The position numbers and the translations under genes were made by a program. A stretch of 63,883 bases of DNA, filler included, from an uncultured Chlamydiae bacterium (GTDB taxonomy: Bacteria > Chlamydiota > Chlamydiia > Chlamydiales > SM23-39): assembly GCA_937899275.1 (NCBI GenBank). It is 6 parts of 6 records of this genome, joined end to end, with 100 filler letters (N's around TTAATTAATTAA, not from the genome) between each part and the next. Parts side by side here need not be neighbours in the genome. Positions count along the whole stretch, not along the records: positions 55,092 to 60,161 come from CALBPE010000071.1; positions 60,262 to 62,675 come from CALBPE010000072.1; positions 62,776 to 63,883 come from CALBPE010000091.1; 3 more parts are not named here. One strand, written 5' to 3'. The notes below the pieces were generated by a model. That model did no database searches. It was not told the origin of the DNA and saw only the letters and a list, made by a program, of their open reading frames with translations. Every line of letters starts with the position of its first letter. Within the stretch, counting starts at the first letter, position 1. Shown one piece after another: positions 59,344 to 63,883 of the stretch.

Positions 59344-60063
59344 ATGAACGCACCGCATCCCTTTTCTTACTCAGACCCTGCTCTCTTAATCATTTTTCAG
59401 TACCTTGAACCAAAAGAAGGTATAGCGCGTTATGCGCTACTGAAGCTCGTTAGAAGTTTAAACCCCTTAGCATACTATAATGAAACTGCATTCCTACCAC
59501 CTGATGAGGTGCTAACAATCTTAAAAAAAGTAGCCTCATCATTGACGCCTACAGGAGAACGTTCTCTTAATCCATTAGAAAGCCGGCTAAATAAGCTTAG
59601 TAAGGAGAAACTTGAGAGTGTAAAAACTCTGAAGACCTTGTTTAGTGAGCTTGTACCGAACGAAACCCATTCAGAAGAAGAGCGTATTGTTACTTGTGCA
59701 TTACGTTTACCCATACCCTCTTCTTGCATAGGTGCGGATAAAGCATATCCCATAATTTTCTCTGAGTATAAAAAAGCTGCAATATCCCCTGCGGAAATAG
59801 ATAAAAACGATGTACAAAATATTGACAAGCGCTTGAAAACTATGCAAGGGATCAGCAATATAATTCCCACCTACCTGCAAAAAAATGTTTCCAATTGGGA
59901 CAATCTTTTGAGACCTGGCGCGCGCTTGGAAACAACTATACCAAACCTCGACAATAGCATTTACATCCAAATGAAAGCAGATGCTCTAAATGACAGTTGG
60001 AGGAAGCTTTTGACGAATGTTACCAATCAGATACGAATCCTTCGACTACACCTTCAACGGTAG
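59344..60063 (+). CDS. 239-aa hypothetical protein, paralogue of the N-terminus of the preceding gene
   Basis: AAGGAGG RBS; YALLKLVRSL...DEVLTILKKVASSLTP...LKTLFSEL aligns by eye with YKILKPIKNL...DLVLNIFKQVRASLEP...LASLFRNL. Confidence 0.8.
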   Translation: MNAPHPFSYSDPALLIIFQYLEPKEGIARYALLKLVRSLNPLAYYNETAFLPPDEVLTILKKVASSLTPTGERSLNPLESRLNKLSKEKLESVKTLKTLFSELVPNETHSEEERIVTCALRLPIPSSCIGADKAYPIIFSEYKKAAISPAEIDKNDVQNIDKRLKTMQGISNIIPTYLQKNVSNWDNLLRPGARLETTIPNLDNSIYIQMKADALNDSWRKLLTNVTNQIRILRLHLQR

Positions 60064-60091
60064 CGTAACAATAAGTCTGTACATTCGATAT

Positions 60092-60108
60092 ACTGAGAAA
60101 TTCTCAGT
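60092..60108. other. Perfect inverted repeat ACTGAGAA-A-TTCTCAGT (possible terminator hairpin or operator)
   Basis: 8-bp arms, 28 bp after the 60063 stop; no clear U-tract. Confidence 0.35.
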
Positions 60109-60161
60109 TATTGAAAAAAAGGTTTGAGGTCAGATTCTCTTAACTTTCCAAACAACTAAGG

Positions 60162-60261
60162 NNNNNNNNNNNNNNNNNNNNNNNNNNNNNNNNNNNNNNN
60201 NNNNNTTAATTAATTAANNNNNNNNNNNNNNNNNNNNNNNNNNNNNNNNNNNNNNNNNNNN
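60162..60261. other. Artificial contig linker
   Basis: N-run / TTAATTAATTAA / N-run. Confidence 0.98.
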
Positions 60262-62331
60262 TCTCCTCCTCCTCTTTATTTCTTCCCCTTTTTTCGGTAT
60301 ATTGACGATCCCTTTGCATTTCGGGTAGTTGCTACATCCTAAAAAAGCGCCGTATTTTCCATGGCGGATATTCATAGTGGAATTGCACTCTGGACAGGGT
60401 TGCTCCCAGTCAAAGCCTTCTGCGTAGTCATCTTTATTGAAGGAAAGCGCTTCAATAGCTGTGGTGTAGTCGCATTCAGGGTAGTTGCTGCATCCATAGA
60501 AGTACTTACTTTTTGACCAGATTTTCTCCAGCTTATGGCCACATTTTGGGCAGGCGATATCCGTTAGGATTTTAGGAACTTTTGCCTCTTTTTCTGCCTT
60601 TTCTACCATAGGAAGAAAATCTTTCCAAAACTGCTCGAGCAGCTCTTTCCAGTCGCTTTCATCTGAAGCAATAGCCTCTAATGCATCTTCCATTTTAGCG
60701 GTAAACGTCACGTCCATGATGGAGGTGAAGTTTTCTTCTAGCATCTGGGCGATGATTTTTCCAAGCTCTGTGGGTTGCATCGTCCCTATTTCTATTGTCG
60801 TATACTCACTACTATGGATTTTATTCATGATCGATGCATAGGTAGAAGGTCTACCAATACCGCATTTTTCCAGTTCGCGTACTAAAGAAGCTTCGGTAAA
60901 TCTTGGCTTAGGTTTAGTAAAACTCTGCGCGCAGCTTGCCTGCTGTAAGAGTAGAGAAGAGCCCTCTTCTAACGGGGGTAAAAGGCGGTTTTTCCCCTCT
61001 TCTTGGTCTTGGGTAATGTCTTGTTTTTCTTCGTAGATCGCTAAAAAACCTTTGAAGACGATTTGCATACCGCTTGCTCGAAATAGGTACGATGTACCTG
61101 CTTGGATATCTGCAGAGACGGTATCGTAAACAGCAGGTTTCATCTGTGAGGCGATGAAACGTTTCCATACAAGGCAGTAGAGTTTATACTGGTCTATATC
61201 GAGGTAGGGTTGTACTTGTTCTGGCGTACGGGTTAAATTGGTTGGCCTGATCGCTTCATGCGCTTCTTGCGCGCTTTTTTTACTAGCGTATTGCACTGGT
61301 TTTTCTGGAAGGTATTCTGTAGAAAACGCGTTTTAAATGTAGTTTCTTGCTGCAGATAACGCTTCTTTTGCTACGATAACAGAGTCTGTTCTCATATAGG
61401 TAATTAAACCTTCTGTGCTATCCCCGAGGTCTACACCTTCATAAAGGCTTTGCGCAATCCCCATCGTTCTACTTGCATTAAACTGGTAGTGTCTTGCGGC
61501 TTCTTGCTGTAGAGTGGAGGTAATGAAAGGAGGAACAGGTTTTCTGAGTTTTTGCTTTTTTGTCACTTTAGCGACTTGAAAAGAAGAAGCGTTTACAGCA
61601 TCTACGATCTCCAACGCATCTTTTTCCGTCTGAATTTGCCTTGTGTTTTTGTTGGAAGAGGCTTCTTTTTCGATTTTTTTGCCGTCGATTGCATGGAGGT
61701 GGGCCGAAAAAGACTTTTCAGATTCTTTTGTGCGCAGCTGCGCTGTAATAGTCCAGTATTCTACAGGTATATGCGCTTCGATTTCTTTTTCCCGATCAAC
61801 GACAAGTTTCAATGCAACCGACTGGACTCTTCCTGCAGAGATCCCTTTTTTTCCTCTTTTGACTTTTCTTGTGAGGATGGGCGAGATTTTATAGCCCACA
61901 ATGCGGTCGAGCATTCTTCTGGCGACTTGGGCATTAACAAGGTTTTGATTGATATCGCGTGGGTGGTTCAGAGCTTCTAGGACGGCATCTTTTGTAATCG
62001 AATGAAAGGTGATTCTTTTGGTCTCTGTTTTTTTCGGCAGAATATGTGCGATATGCCAGGCAATTGCTTCTCCTTCTCTATCGGGGTCAGGGGCAAGGTA
62101 GACAATTTCTGATTTTTTTGCGGCTTCTTTGATGGTTTTGACTACGTCTTTTTTATCTGGCATGATGACGTATTCTGGGGCAAAGCCCTTCTCCACATCA
62201 ATACCAAAGCCTTTTTGTGGCAGCTCCCGAATATGCCCAACGGAAGATGCAAGCGCATAGTCTTTACCTAAAAATTTTTTTAGGGTTTTCATTTTCGCTG
62301 GTGATTCGACGATGACGAGGTATTTTCCCAT
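60262..62331 (-). CDS. topA: DNA topoisomerase I with one in-frame TAA at 61333-61335; 3' truncated
   Basis: LVIVESPAK, SVGH, DPDREGE, SAGRVQS, ITYMRTDS, AQEAHEAIRPT, GIGRPSTY, C4 zinc ribbons; the two track ORFs share a frame (ARNYI*NAFSTEYLPEKPVQY). Confidence 0.93.
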
Positions 62332-62675
62332 AAGAAATTTCGTTATTTATATTTCAAAACCTGTTCATACTACCCAAAGTAGCCTTACGTGTAAACCTAG
62401 AATATAATAAAGATTTTGACAAAAGCTTTTGTATAGGAGGGCATTTTTTCTGTAAAAACAAAATAATATATGCACTATATCCTATTGATATGGGTTTGTA
62501 ATATTATACCGCATCATTTTCTGATCGTACACTCGGAAGTGCGTTTTTTAGAGAAAAAACGCCTTTTATTGAGGATAAGCGGGATATCGGGAAGGATACC
62601 AGAGGATTTTTTCATGGTTCTGGAAACTTTTTTGCATTATCCTATAAGGATGATTACTGATGAAAAGCTGCATGA

Positions 62676-62775
62676 NNNNNNNNNNNNNNNNNNNNNNNNN
62701 NNNNNNNNNNNNNNNNNNNTTAATTAATTAANNNNNNNNNNNNNNNNNNNNNNNNNNNNNNNNNNNNNNNNNNNN
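62676..62775. other. Artificial contig linker
   Basis: N-run / TTAATTAATTAA / N-run. Confidence 0.98.
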
Positions 62776-62829
62776 TAGTGAAAATCTTGATTGGCTGTCT
62801 TTTTATGGTAATCGTAGTAAAAAAGGCTC

Positions 62830-63771
62830 ATGATTTTTGAAATACTTACATCTGCTCCGATTCTATTTTTTCTTTTGGGTCTTTTTTCCCGATTGATTCG
62901 ATCTGATTTGGAAATACCTCATCCCCTACCCAAACTGTTTTCTATTTATGTTCTTGTGGCCATCGGAATTCAAGGAGGCATACACTTAGCTAGCGCAAGC
63001 TTTGCTTTGGATTATTTGAAGGTATTTGCTACAGCAATTTTAGGATCTTTTGGTATTGCTGCTGTAGCTTACGCTTTATTCAAACAATTCACCAATGTCG
63101 CAAATGCCGCTTCTCTAGCCGCATCCTACGGATCAATTAGCGCCATTACTTTTATTACCGGCACTGCACTTCTCGATAAACTCCAAATCGATTACGGTCC
63201 TTACATGGTGGCTGTAATGGCCCTTATGGAATCGCCAGCTATTTTAATGGCTATGTTCTTTTACACAAAAAACACAAAAAACTCGACAAGCTCTTTACTG
63301 CAAATTTTTCGCCACTCCATTGCCAACCAGTCTATCGTTCTTCTTTTAGGCAGCTTTTTTATCGGTCTTTTAATAGCAGGTGCAAAAATTTCTCCTTTTT
63401 ATGAAGGAATTTTTCACGGAATGCTTACCCTTTTTCTTCTCGATTTAGGCTTAGCTGTAGCAAAACGTTTTGAAGATGTAAAAAACGCTCCATCAGGTCT
63501 TTTTTTCTCAGCGATTTTTTTACAAGTAGCGATGGCCTTTGCCGCTTTTTTCTTAAGCATCTTTTTAGGTTTCACTAAAGGAGATACATTTCTTTTGATG
63601 CTTTTATTTGGAAGCGCCTCTTACATTGCAGCTCCAGCTGCTATGAGAAGCGCTGTTCCGGAAGCTAACCCCAGCTTATACCTATCTCTTGCATTAGGAA
63701 TAACCTTTCCCTTCAATATTCTCGTTGGTATACCTTTATATCTTTGGGTCGTTCAACAGTATGGAGGGTAA
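62830..63771 (+). CDS. sbtA: Sodium-dependent bicarbonate transporter, SbtA family
   Basis: ILFFLLG, SDLEIP, SIYVLVAIG..GG, YGSISAITF, LMESPAI, LFLLDLG, SASYIAAPAA, GITFPFNI. Confidence 0.9.
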   Translation: MIFEILTSAPILFFLLGLFSRLIRSDLEIPHPLPKLFSIYVLVAIGIQGGIHLASASFALDYLKVFATAILGSFGIAAVAYALFKQFTNVANAASLAASYGSISAITFITGTALLDKLQIDYGPYMVAVMALMESPAILMAMFFYTKNTKNSTSSLLQIFRHSIANQSIVLLLGSFFIGLLIAGAKISPFYEGIFHGMLTLFLLDLGLAVAKRFEDVKNAPSGLFFSAIFLQVAMAFAAFFLSIFLGFTKGDTFLLMLLFGSASYIAAPAAMRSAVPEANPSLYLSLALGITFPFNILVGIPLYLWVVQQYGG

Positions 63772-63883
63772 ATGTCTTATGTCCGTTTAGAAATCATTAT
63801 CGACAAGCTCGGCGCAAAAGAGCTCTTTCGTTTAATCCGACCTTTCAAACAGGAAACTTGCACAGTTCATAGCGCCCTGGCTT
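63772..63883 (+). CDS. sbtB: Probable P-II-like SbtB regulator, N-terminal fragment
   Basis: ATG abuts the sbtA TAA with GGAGG upstream; MSYVRLEIIIDKLGAKELFRLI resembles the P-II beta1-alpha1 start; only 37 codons visible. Confidence 0.55.
   Translation, partial: MSYVRLEIIIDKLGAKELFRLIRPFKQETCTVHSALA

Noticed and set aside
5111..61335. Genome-wide reassignment of TAG or TAA to an amino acid
   Set aside because: TAA ends sodA, accD and dut, and TAG ends tgt, at the expected C-termini. Only two in-frame stops were seen, and they are different codons.
62470..62727. 85-aa ORF upstream of topA
   Set aside because: It lies in AT-rich intergenic-like sequence, runs into the linker and has no recognisable features.
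28498..62775. Five copies of TTAATTAATTAA flanked by Ns as a biological repeat
   Set aside because: They are identical 100-bp spacers with stops in all frames that cut through genes, so they are contig-joining linkers. Adjacency across them is not meaningful.

Overview
This window is six contigs joined by artificial 100-bp N44-TTAATTAATTAA-N44 linkers. It comes from an AT-rich member of the phylum Chlamydiae, most likely an environmental lineage. The assignment rests on chlamydial gene neighbourhoods: alaS/mfd/tkt/hemE-hemN-hemY/amn/efp, and rnc-radA-hemC-hemD-sodA-accD-dut-ptsN-ptsN-clpC. Most genes are housekeeping, transport or cofactor genes, plus tRNA-Ala and tRNA-Ile. The most striking accessory locus is a 12.3-kb tandem array (6041-18327) of four paralogous orphan genes built from six copies of a ~560-700 aa helical module. 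The array has a duplicated upstream promoter-like motif, and the single-module members carry NLS-like basic patches, so it is a candidate secreted-effector family. Other notable items are an Inc-like paralogue pair, a repeat-rich and possibly F-box-like effector cluster, two PATR-type autotransporters, a yhhQ-tgt queuine salvage operon and an sbtA-sbtB bicarbonate uptake pair. Three single-base anomalies sit in conserved genes: an in-frame TAG in hemY, an in-frame TAA in topA and an ATT start in the HTH-ptsN gene. One alaS contig end has a high-GC, probably chimeric tail. All calls come from reading the sequence; no database searches were run.
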